Program-made: the position numbers and the translations under genes
In this document: in pieces, positions 28,701-36,634 of the stretch
Layout: every line of letters begins with the position of its first letter
Numbering within the stretch: position 1 is the stretch's first letter
The notes under the pieces: generated by a model
The model's input: only the letters and a program-made list of their open reading frames with translations
What the model was told of the DNA's origin: nothing
Databases searched by the model: none
Virus record (IMG/VR): IMGVR_UViG_3300005686_000008
Origin: a virus
Taxonomy: Duplodnaviria; Caudoviricetes
Strand: one strand, 5' to 3'
DNA: 64,000 nucleotides

Positions 28701-31700
28701 TCGTTCTTGTTGAGGCCAAATATACTCATCAAGGCAAGCCAAAGCCTCTTTATTTTGATGAGAACAAGCAAAGATTTGCTAAGTTCTTACACAAGATTGA
28801 TCATATTGTAGTTGAAGAGTTTCCAGAAACGAATGACCCTTGGGTTAGGGAGCCTTTTCAGCGAAATCAGATTATGAGAGGGCTTAAGAACTGTAAACCA
28901 GATGATATCATTATTGTTTCAGATGTAGATGAAATCCCCAAAGCGTCTGTTGTGAAACAATATAGAAAAGAGATGGGCTTAACTTGTATTCAAACAAGGC
29001 TCTTTTATTACAAACTGAACTATTTATGCCCTGTAAAGTGGTTTAAACTAAGGATTTTCCCATTCTCTGAGCTTAGAGGGGGAGAAGTTCAGCAAGTTAG
29101 AGGCTCTAGAGATTATGACTATAAAACCGTTATTGATGACGGAGGTTGGCATTTTAGCTTCTTGGGCGATAGAGAGCATATAAGGCAGAAAATTGAAAGT
29201 TATGGTCACATTGAGTTCAATAACGATCTTATAAAAAGTGACGAGAATATAGATAAGGCGATTAATGAGGGAAGAGATGTTTTCGGTAGGCCTCAGGTTC
29301 AGTTTGAGACTGTTGCTATTGATGATTCTTTCCCGAAATTCGTTATTGACAATTTAGATAAATACAGAAAAGCAGGATTAATAGGCGGAACAAAAATGAA
29401 GACTATGAAAGAAAGAATGCAGGAAGAACATAGTGGAACTTATGATGAAATGTATATGTATGACGTTTATAGTCTAGAAGACAAGGATATTAGAAACAAG
29501 GTTATTGTTGATATTGGTGCTAATTTTGGTTTCTTTTCTTTTAGATGCTTGGAAATGGGAGCTAAAAAGTGTTATTGCTTTGAGCCGCAATCAGATAACT
29601 ATAAAAAGCTAGTTGAACTCATAGATGAATTTGGTTTCAAAGAGAAAATTGATGCGAAGAAGTTGGCCGTTCTTGATGGTAGCGTAAGCGAAGTTGTAAT
29701 GGGAGGGAAAGATGTCTTCAGTAATATTTGGGGACAAGGCGACTCTAATAAGGTAAAATGCATTTCTTTCCAAGAAGCCTTTTCGTATGTAAAAGAGAAT
29801 GAAGATTTGGTTCTAAAGGTTGATTGCGAGGGTTCTGAGTTTGAGATTATCTTCAATTCTCCTCCTGAAATATTAAAGAGATTTTCTTTCATGTATATAG
29901 AAATACATGATGATATGAATCCTAATTATAAGGGAAGAATGGAAGACCTTATAAAGTATATAGAAGATCTTGGCTTTATTCAAGAGAAGCATGGCCCTCA
30001 GTTTGGTATGTTTTGGGCTGATGGGTCGTTTACTCCGTCTCCAATTAAGTGTATACGTTTTAGAAGGAAAGCAGAGGCGTCGTTGCCAGATGGGTGGTTT
30101 GGAGAAGAGGACGTATCCGTATATAAGAGTTTAGTGTCAGCGGTGCCTGAAAATGGGAAGATGGCAGAAATCGGAGTGTGGCAAGGAAGGTCTCTTTGCT
30201 CTGTTGCCAAGATAATCAAAGATAAAAACTTACAAGTCGCAGCTATTGATACGTTCAAGGGAAGCGAAGGAGAAAAAGAACATACATCTTTGGCCGAGAA
30301 GATTAGTATTTTGGATGCGTTTAAGAATAACATACTTAGATTTGGTCTAGAAAAGAACATTTCTATATATAGTATGACTTCTGCTTCTGCTTCCGCCGCA
30401 ATTCCTAATCGTTCATTAGATTTTGTGTTTATAGATGCAAATCATTCGTATGAATATGTTTTGCAAGATATAAAGCTTTGGTTGCCCAAAGTGAAGGATG
30501 GAGGAGTTATTGCTGGACATGATTTCTTGTATAGCGAAGGAGTTAGAACCGCTGTGCATGAAACTTTTGGCAATTCTTTTGATGTTCAATCTAATCTTTG
30601 GTTTACAACAGTAAAGAGATCTTCTGTTACTCCGTCTACTCCAAAGTATTCGATTGTAATTCCGACTTACAATCATCTTGATGATTGCCTCAAGCCTTGC
30701 ATTGAAAGCATTATTAAGCATACAGACCTTTCAAATGTAGAGGTTATTGTTGTTGCTAATGGATGCACAGATGGGACGAGAAGTTATGTTGAAGGCCTTG
30801 GAAGTCCGTTCAAGTTAGTATGGATGGACGAATCTGCTGGATATACTAGAGCCGCAAATGAGGGAATAAAAGCCTCCAAGGGAGAGTTTGTTGTTTTGCT
30901 TAATAATGATGTCATTCTTCTTGACTATCAAAAGAAAAATGAATGGCTAGATTTGATGGCAAGGCCATTTAGTAGTAAAGATAAGGTTGGAGTTACTGGG
31001 CCAAGCAAAAACTATTGCAATTTCTTAGATGCTTTTGATAACAAAGATGGTGAATTTCTTATATTTTTCTGCGTAATGATTCCTAGGAAGTTGTTTGATG
31101 AATTGGGGTTATTAGATGAAAGATTCAATCCTGGAGCCGGAGAAGATTTTGATTTCTGTATCAGAGCGAAAGCCGCAGGCTATTCCCTAGTACAGGTTCC
31201 TGATAATGACCAATATGTTCATTCTGGTCCGGGTGTCGCAACAAGTCCTTACCCTCTATGGCACAAGAACGCCTCCACAAGAGGAGAGGACCACACGAAC
31301 ATAAAAATCAATAATGTAAAGCTTATCAATAAGTATAAGACAAAGAATCTAAAGATAAACTTCATCAATGCTGAACAAAACTTGCCAGGATTCTTTTCTG
31401 CTGATATGGATACTTCAAAAACGCATCTTATGTTAGATGCTAGGAAAATGGATTTAGAAGATAACTCTGTCACAGAGATTGTTCTTCAGAATTTGCTTGA
31501 GAGATTTGGTATTAATGATATAACAAGCGTCATTAAAGAGAGTAATAGAGTTCTAACGGATGGCGGCAAGATAGTTGTTGTTACAGAGGATGGAGCAAAA
31601 GACTTCTTAGTAAGTCAGCTATTGGCTACTGGATTTTCTTCTTTGTTTGCTCAGTATTCAAATGGGAAGCTTCATCTTTCTGCCGTAAAAGAGAAAAGGA

Positions 31701-33199
31701 AGGTATTTGATTGCTTCCCCTTTTTCAATGAACTAGACTTATTGGAGATTAGGCTTAATGAGCTTGACCCATATGTTGATTATTTTGTTTTATCAGAGAT
31801 GACAATAACTCATCAAGGCAAGCCAAAGCCTCTTTATTTCAATGAGAACAAGCAAAGATTTGCTAAGTTCTTACACAAGATAGTCCATGTTATAGTTGAT
31901 GATTGTCCAAGATTTAGCGATCCTTGGTTAAGGGAGCATTATCAGAGGAATGTTTTGGATAGGGGCTTGAAAGATTGTAAGCCCAAAGACATTATTATTT
32001 TGTCTGATATTGACGAGATTCCAAGAGGAGAGAAGATAAAAGAATATGATCCTTCTTTGAGTTTTATGTGTTTTGAGATGAATCAGTATAACTATTACCT
32101 CAATATGAATGTTGGAATTGGAGAGTTGGAAACGGGGGTTTTTGGAAGGATAACAACTCTTGAAAATCTCAGAAAAATGAACGCATGGTTGACTGATTTG
32201 AGATATGCGGAGTGCGGAAAAGACCGACTTATACACAATGGAGGTTGGCACTTTAGTTGGATTGGAGGGGCAAATAGGATAATAGAAAAGCTTGAATCTT
32301 ATGCTCATGAAGAGATAAATCAGGATCAATACAAAAAGATTGAACTCATAAACAAGAATATTTCTGAAAGCACTGATGCATTTGGAAGAGAGAATCCTCC
32401 TCACAAGCCAATGCTTGTTGAGGTTGATAATTCTTTTCCAAAGTTCATCCGAGACAATTATGACGATCTCGTTGGAAAAGGTTTGATCAAGCCAATAGAG
32501 AAGTCATCTAAAGTTGCTATTATAATGCCGTATTACAATGATAGTTCTTTGATGATATCTTCTGTTATGGGAATATTGAATCAAACGTATAGAGACTGGG
32601 TTCTCTTCTTAGTTGATGACGGTTCTTCAGAAAACAATAAGGCGGCAAAGGTTCTTGGTCGTCACTATCCAAGCCGTATAAGGATTATAGAAAAAGAAAA
32701 CGGAGGAGTTAGTTCCGCTAGGAATGCGGCATTAGATCTTGTTAGAAAAGATCCATCGTTTGCTTATATTGCATATTGCGATTCTGACGATGTATGGGAT
32801 GAGGGGTATTTGGAATCTCAGATTGAAGCTATTCAAAATTGCGACCTTGTTTATTGCTATCCAAGACACGAGTTTGACAATGGAGAAAAAGCGTATCCTC
32901 AAGGAATCCCAAATCCGCCAGAGTTTCCGGGTTGGAAGTTCATGCTCAATAATGCCTTTATGTATATATCAGGAGTTGTTCATAAGAGAAACTGTATGGC
33001 TGTAGGAGATTTTGATGGGACTATTAACTCTATAGAGGATTGGGATATGTGGATAAGGATTGCTAAGGCAGAATATTCTATCAAGAAGAACGAAAAAGCA
33101 TCTTTTACCTACATAGTGAAGATCAATGGAAACATGGCTTCTAAAAGAACGCAGGAAATATTAGATAGATTCAAGGCTAAACATGGAGTAATCGCATGA
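25715..33199 (+). CDS. giant multimodular glycosyl/methyltransferase: GT2-GT2-GT2-GT17-GT17-FkbM MTase-Methyltransf_24-GT2-(degenerate MTase)-GT17-GT2
   Basis: Four KYSI.IPTYNH..DCLKPC...LLNND modules (about 25727, 26444, 27146, 30644). Three KV.DCF.FFNE.D.LEIRLNELD...SD.DEIP...G.HFS modules (about 27830, 28616, 31700). Also VDIGANFG...LKVDCEGSE; EIGVWQGRS...FIDANHSY...GGVIAGHD; and a terminal IIMPYYN..LVDDGS..CDSDD..EDWD.W GT2. Confidence 0.92.
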   Translation: MQNVKYSIVIPTYNHLEDCLKPCIESIIRYTDLSNVEVIVVANGCTDGTRQYVESLGEHFRLIWADAPLGYIKPTNMGIREAKGEYVVLLNNDVILCEQPKNLWLFMLESPFIKDPKTGITGPYKDILFYWESGRINFRNEFIAFFCAMFKRSIISLVGLLDEDFGLGYEEDVEFCTRITKAGFKVVEVPDDMHYDLNITREYLEANPNINTKYPLIHLDRMTFKHITLPRQSSPLLKKHRPPKYSIIIPTYNHLEDCLKPCIESIIRYTDLSEVEVIIVANGCTDGTEEYVRNLGYPFKLLHIKEAAGYTKSTNEGIKVSQGKYVILLNNDNVIMESPKHEWIKALERPFREQSNVGITGVAKDVHYGTGCEFLLFFCVMIDYNVFRKIGFLDEVFNPGYGEDIDFCNKVKRNGLKVVQVPEDCTLTRPRLAHEHGLNFPIWHKGSKTVSTFKDWDKTVPRNEKILFERYGKASYPKYSIVIPTYNHFQDCLKPCIESVIRHTNLSNVEVIVVANGCTDGTREYVESLGSPFRLIWNEAPLGYIKPTNMGIREAKGEYVILLNNDTQIVAPGWIEILASPFASGNIGITGPRKAWRDDVKKEYILFFCAMIKKEVFNKIGLLDESFGIGYNEDTDFCIRAVKAGYELVEVPYDIKYSDSNKGNDSREMPFPICHTGGRTFSSMFESSAAGASKNVHLLYAKHCPKVYDCFMFFNELDLLEIRLNELDEVVDKFVLIEARYTHQGKPKPLYFDENKQRFAKFLHKIDHIVVEEFPEAKSKWDNEIFQRNAAMNVLKDAIPNAVVILSDVDEIPSKSAILEYFSLTGIYTLEQRVFYYHLNCEIPDSKWTLAKICRYSDIGNRTINDIRTSPVVNVLKNAGCHFSYIGGSEQIISKIKAFSHLEYNQEHIVNKNAIESRVSECKDVFGRDISFQLVEDLSYLPSFVLNNLDKYRRLGLIRSAKEDGRPKVYDCFMFFNEMDVLEIRLNELDEVVDRFVLVEAKYTHQGKPKPLYFDENKQRFAKFLHKIDHIVVEEFPETNDPWVREPFQRNQIMRGLKNCKPDDIIIVSDVDEIPKASVVKQYRKEMGLTCIQTRLFYYKLNYLCPVKWFKLRIFPFSELRGGEVQQVRGSRDYDYKTVIDDGGWHFSFLGDREHIRQKIESYGHIEFNNDLIKSDENIDKAINEGRDVFGRPQVQFETVAIDDSFPKFVIDNLDKYRKAGLIGGTKMKTMKERMQEEHSGTYDEMYMYDVYSLEDKDIRNKVIVDIGANFGFFSFRCLEMGAKKCYCFEPQSDNYKKLVELIDEFGFKEKIDAKKLAVLDGSVSEVVMGGKDVFSNIWGQGDSNKVKCISFQEAFSYVKENEDLVLKVDCEGSEFEIIFNSPPEILKRFSFMYIEIHDDMNPNYKGRMEDLIKYIEDLGFIQEKHGPQFGMFWADGSFTPSPIKCIRFRRKAEASLPDGWFGEEDVSVYKSLVSAVPENGKMAEIGVWQGRSLCSVAKIIKDKNLQVAAIDTFKGSEGEKEHTSLAEKISILDAFKNNILRFGLEKNISIYSMTSASASAAIPNRSLDFVFIDANHSYEYVLQDIKLWLPKVKDGGVIAGHDFLYSEGVRTAVHETFGNSFDVQSNLWFTTVKRSSVTPSTPKYSIVIPTYNHLDDCLKPCIESIIKHTDLSNVEVIVVANGCTDGTRSYVEGLGSPFKLVWMDESAGYTRAANEGIKASKGEFVVLLNNDVILLDYQKKNEWLDLMARPFSSKDKVGVTGPSKNYCNFLDAFDNKDGEFLIFFCVMIPRKLFDELGLLDERFNPGAGEDFDFCIRAKAAGYSLVQVPDNDQYVHSGPGVATSPYPLWHKNASTRGEDHTNIKINNVKLINKYKTKNLKINFINAEQNLPGFFSADMDTSKTHLMLDARKMDLEDNSVTEIVLQNLLERFGINDITSVIKESNRVLTDGGKIVVVTEDGAKDFLVSQLLATGFSSLFAQYSNGKLHLSAVKEKRKVFDCFPFFNELDLLEIRLNELDPYVDYFVLSEMTITHQGKPKPLYFNENKQRFAKFLHKIVHVIVDDCPRFSDPWLREHYQRNVLDRGLKDCKPKDIIILSDIDEIPRGEKIKEYDPSLSFMCFEMNQYNYYLNMNVGIGELETGVFGRITTLENLRKMNAWLTDLRYAECGKDRLIHNGGWHFSWIGGANRIIEKLESYAHEEINQDQYKKIELINKNISESTDAFGRENPPHKPMLVEVDNSFPKFIRDNYDDLVGKGLIKPIEKSSKVAIIMPYYNDSSLMISSVMGILNQTYRDWVLFLVDDGSSENNKAAKVLGRHYPSRIRIIEKENGGVSSARNAALDLVRKDPSFAYIAYCDSDDVWDEGYLESQIEAIQNCDLVYCYPRHEFDNGEKAYPQGIPNPPEFPGWKFMLNNAFMYISGVVHKRNCMAVGDFDGTINSIEDWDMWIRIAKAEYSIKKNEKASFTYIVKINGNMASKRTQEILDRFKAKHGVIA

Positions 33200-34155
33200 G
33201 TATATTTGTAACTGGTGGTGCAGGTTTTATAGGTTCAAACTTTATAAGATTACTTCTTAACAGCGGTCACAAAGTTACCAATGTTGATAGTCTAACTTAC
33301 GCTGCAAATCCAGAAACAATTAGAGACTTCGAGAAGAATCCTAATTATAGGTTTGTTAATGCTGATATAAGAGATAAGAAGGCTATGTATGATGTTATTG
33401 ATAAGGGTTCTTTTGTTTTCAATTTTGCAGCAGAAAGTCATGTTGATAACTCTATAAGAAACCCTTATATCTTTTTGGAAACCAATGTATTTGGAGTACA
33501 GAATCTACTTGAAGTATGTAAAGATAAAAAGGTAGACCTGTTTGTTCAGATTAGCACTGATGAAGTGTATGGTTCTCTTTCTATGGATCAAAAGTCTTCT
33601 CAAGAGACTGATATTCTTTGTCCGTCTTCTCCATATAGCGCTTCAAAGGCTGCTGCTGAAATGTTGTGTTTTGCTTATATGAGAACGTTTAAGGTTCCGA
33701 TTATTGTAACACGATCTTCTAATAATTTCGGTCCATATCAGTTTCCAGAAAAGATTATACCGTTGTTCATTTCTAACCTTATGAGCGGTAAGAAGGTTCC
33801 GGTATATGGTAATGGAGGTAATATAAGGGATTGGATATTTGTAGAAGACAACTGCGAAGCAATATTGGCTGTTGCCAATAGAGGTGTTACTGGTGAGATT
33901 TATAACATTGGCGGAGGAAATGAAGTCAAAAACATAGATCTAACGAAAATCATACTTGAAAAAATGGGTAAAGATGAATCTAGTATAGAGTTTGTTGAAG
34001 ATAGGCTTGGACATGATCTAAGGTATTCTCTTGATTGTTCTAAAACAATGGATCTTGGATGGAGTCCTAAAAATAGCTTTGAAACGAACATATCTAAAAC
34101 GGTTGATTGGTATTTGAAAAATAGACAATGGTGGGAACCTCTTAGAAAGAAGTAA
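33196..34155 (+). CDS. rmlB: dTDP-glucose 4,6-dehydratase
   Basis: VTGGAGFIGSNF, D.LTYA, FAAESHVD.SI, STDEVYG, PSSPYSASKA, NNFGPYQFPEK, RDWI.VED and DR.GHD.RY. Confidence 0.96.
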   Translation: MSIFVTGGAGFIGSNFIRLLLNSGHKVTNVDSLTYAANPETIRDFEKNPNYRFVNADIRDKKAMYDVIDKGSFVFNFAAESHVDNSIRNPYIFLETNVFGVQNLLEVCKDKKVDLFVQISTDEVYGSLSMDQKSSQETDILCPSSPYSASKAAAEMLCFAYMRTFKVPIIVTRSSNNFGPYQFPEKIIPLFISNLMSGKKVPVYGNGGNIRDWIFVEDNCEAILAVANRGVTGEIYNIGGGNEVKNIDLTKIILEKMGKDESSIEFVEDRLGHDLRYSLDCSKTMDLGWSPKNSFETNISKTVDWYLKNRQWWEPLRKK

Positions 34156-34156
34156 A

Positions 34157-34987
34157 ATGAATAACAATGTTCTTGTAATTGGTAATGGCTATTTGGGGAA
34201 TAAGGTTGCAGAATATTTTGATTGCTACTTATTCGAAGAAAAATTGTGTACGCAGGCTGAGGCTGATTTTTGTATTAAGGTATGGAAGCCTAAGTTTGTA
34301 ATCAACTGCGCTGGTAAAACTGGAAGACCAAATATTGATTGGTGCGAAGTCCATAAAGAAGAGACATTCTTCGGTAATGTTATTCTTCCTACTTATATTC
34401 AATCAGCATGTAATAAATTTGGCGCAAAAATGGTTCATGTCGGTAGCGGATGTATCTATCAGGGAAACTATGATGGAAATGGGTTTACAGAAGATGCTGC
34501 TCCAAATCATGACTCAAGTTACTATAGTTGGACAAAGATAGTTTCAGAAAGATACTTGAATGGTCACGATGTTTTGCAACTTAGAATTAGAATGCCGCTT
34601 AGTTCTGATAGGAGTCCAAGGAATCTTCTTTCAAAGCTTCTTGGATACAGCATGGTTGTAGACGCTCCAAATTCAATAACTTATATTCCTGATCTTTTGG
34701 AGGTTATGAGGTCTCTTATTTCAATGAACGCTTCTGGTATTTACAATGTTGTTAATCCAGACCCGATATTGCATAGTGAAATACTTAAGAAGTATGAACA
34801 GATAAGCGGTAAAACGTTATCTTATAAGACAATAACAGCAGATGATTTGGATTCTATTACTTTGGCAAAAAGGTCTAACTGTGTTCTATCAATAAAGAAA
34901 TTGAATGCTCTTGGTCTACAAATGAGACCGTCAAGTTATGCTGTTGATGATTGTATTAGAAAATATGTTGAAGGAGGCAATGTATGA
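34157..34987 (+). CDS. rmlD: NDP-4-keto-6-deoxyglucose 3,5-epimerase/4-reductase (RmlD-fold, NRS/ER-type)
   Basis: CAGKTGRPNIDWCE.HK.ET...NV, GSGCIY, F.E.D..N...S.YS.TK, LR.RMP......RNL..KL..Y..V...NS.T and RSNC.L. Confidence 0.85.
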   Translation: MNNNVLVIGNGYLGNKVAEYFDCYLFEEKLCTQAEADFCIKVWKPKFVINCAGKTGRPNIDWCEVHKEETFFGNVILPTYIQSACNKFGAKMVHVGSGCIYQGNYDGNGFTEDAAPNHDSSYYSWTKIVSERYLNGHDVLQLRIRMPLSSDRSPRNLLSKLLGYSMVVDAPNSITYIPDLLEVMRSLISMNASGIYNVVNPDPILHSEILKKYEQISGKTLSYKTITADDLDSITLAKRSNCVLSIKKLNALGLQMRPSSYAVDDCIRKYVEGGNV

Positions 34988-35091
34988 AAGGAGTAATTCT
35001 TGCAGGAGGAACTGGGTCTAGACTTTTTCCAATTACGAAGGTTACGAACTGTATTTTATTTATTGTTTTGTCGATAGATATAGTATGCTAA
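34984..35091 (+). pseudogene. rmlA: orphaned original 5' end of rmlA (35-aa stub)
   Basis: ATGA-coupled ORF reading MKGVILAGGTGSRLFPITKVTN, then unrelated CILFIVLSIDIVC*. Not in the supplied ORF track. Confidence 0.85.
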
Positions 35092-35983
35092 AGAAATTAG
35101 ATATATTAGATTCTGAAATAAGAAGATTGTATTTTGTTGAAAAGAAATCTCAAAAAGCCATATCGAAAGAGCTTGGGGTTTCGCAGTGGACTGTTTTTCA
35201 AAGAATGAAAAACTCCAATATGAAAGCATTTCCCAAAGAAAGATTTCTTAGTCATCAGGTTTATTGTATTAAGCAAGATGTTTTAGATTGTATTACTACT
35301 GATGTAGCTTGGATTCTTGGGTGGTTTCTCTCTGATGGTTTTGTATCTAAAGATGCAAATTATTTTGGATGTAAAGTTGCAATAAAAGATCAATCCATAT
35401 TAGAGAAAATTAAAGACTTTTTTGGATATTCTGGTCCAATTCTTGAACAAAACTCTTATCTAAAGAAAACAAAGAAAATCTATAAAAACAAATTGCTTAA
35501 AATGTCTTCTAAAGTATTGCGAAATAAGATTATTGAGCTGGGTATAAAGCCAGCAAAAACTAGCAAAGAAAGATATTTGAAATGTATTAACGGAGAAGAA
35601 TTGGATAGGGCTTTTATTAGAGGAATATTTGAAGGGGATGGCAGTCTTCTTGTTTATCCGCATAGGGAATCTTATTGTTTTCAGATTGTTGGTACAAAAG
35701 AATTGTTGCTTGAAATACAAAAAAGACTGATTGGATATCTTGGAATTCAAAAAACAAAGTTGTATTGTCAAAATGAAAAATCAAATCATTATATGATGAG
35801 ATATACTGGTAAGCATCAGGTTTATAAAATATCTGAATGGATATATCGTGATAATCCAAAAAATAGACTTGAAAGAAAATACTTGAAATATCAAGAAATG
35901 GAGGCAATATGTCAGTGAAGAAGGGTGTTCTATTGGCTGGCGGTACAGGTTCTCGTCTTGGCCCTCTTTGTAAAGTAACGAAT
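35050..35983 (+). mobile_element. free-standing LAGLIDADG homing-endonuclease cassette carrying a replacement rmlA 5' end
   Basis: Homology of the stub to RmlA breaks after codon N22 (35049). A second recoded copy ending ...KVTN (35983) joins KHLLP at 35984. Confidence 0.75.
35085..35918 (+). CDS. LAGLIDADG homing endonuclease with N-terminal HTH
   Basis: LY....KSQ..I.KELGVSQ.TV..R HTH; WILGWFLSDG and FIRGIFEGDGS motifs; C-terminal L.RKY. Confidence 0.9.
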   Translation: MLKKLDILDSEIRRLYFVEKKSQKAISKELGVSQWTVFQRMKNSNMKAFPKERFLSHQVYCIKQDVLDCITTDVAWILGWFLSDGFVSKDANYFGCKVAIKDQSILEKIKDFFGYSGPILEQNSYLKKTKKIYKNKLLKMSSKVLRNKIIELGIKPAKTSKERYLKCINGEELDRAFIRGIFEGDGSLLVYPHRESYCFQIVGTKELLLEIQKRLIGYLGIQKTKLYCQNEKSNHYMMRYTGKHQVYKISEWIYRDNPKNRLERKYLKYQEMEAICQ

Positions 35984-36634
35984 AAACATTTGCTTCCAAT
36001 ATACAATAAGCCAATGATTTTTTATCCATTGCAGACTCTTATTGGAATGGGAATAAAAGATATTCTAATCGTTTCTGGAACTGAACATTGCGGACATATT
36101 TTGCAACTGCTTGGTAGCGGTAAAGACTTTGGAGTAAGCATTTCTTATAAAGTACAAGATGAGGCTGGCGGCATTGCTCAGGCTCTGGGCTTAGCAGAGA
36201 ATTTTGTTGGAGATAATTCCGTTGCCGTTATTCTTGGAGATAATATTTTTGAAGACAAGTTTGATGTACATGATTTCACAACAGGAGCAAGACTTTTTAT
36301 CAAAGAAACAGATGAGCCTCGTAGGTTTGGTGTTCCAACTATTGTTAATGGAAAGATCGTTTGGATTTTGGAAAAGCCAAAAGACCCTCCATCTAATTAT
36401 GCGGTTACTGGTTTGTATGTATATGATAAGGACGTTTTTACTATCATTAGAAAACTGAAGCCTTCATCAAGGGGAGAGCTTGAGATAACTGACGTTAATA
36501 ATGCTTATATCAAAAAGGATGGCGGCGTACATTATAGCGTTGTGAAAGGCGAGTGGACAGATGCTGGAACATTCGAGAGCCTTTTCAAGGCTAACAATAT
36601 AGCAAGGAATATTGTAGTTAAAGCGGAGAAATAA
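35909..36634 (+). CDS. rmlA: glucose-1-phosphate thymidylyltransferase (short form)
   Basis: LAGGTGSRL.PL....NKHLLPIY.KPMI.YPL, Q....GIAQAL, LGDNIF, EKP..P.SNYAVTGLY.YD, PS.RGELEITD.N and W.DAGT.ESL. Confidence 0.95.
   Translation: MSVKKGVLLAGGTGSRLGPLCKVTNKHLLPIYNKPMIFYPLQTLIGMGIKDILIVSGTEHCGHILQLLGSGKDFGVSISYKVQDEAGGIAQALGLAENFVGDNSVAVILGDNIFEDKFDVHDFTTGARLFIKETDEPRRFGVPTIVNGKIVWILEKPKDPPSNYAVTGLYVYDKDVFTIIRKLKPSSRGELEITDVNNAYIKKDGGVHYSVVKGEWTDAGTFESLFKANNIARNIVVKAEK

Noticed and set aside
35050-35983. Group I intron interrupting rmlA
   Set aside because: Only ~35 non-coding nt are available, too few for a ribozyme core. The boundaries lack the U|...G rule, and the downstream gene has its own complete N-terminus.
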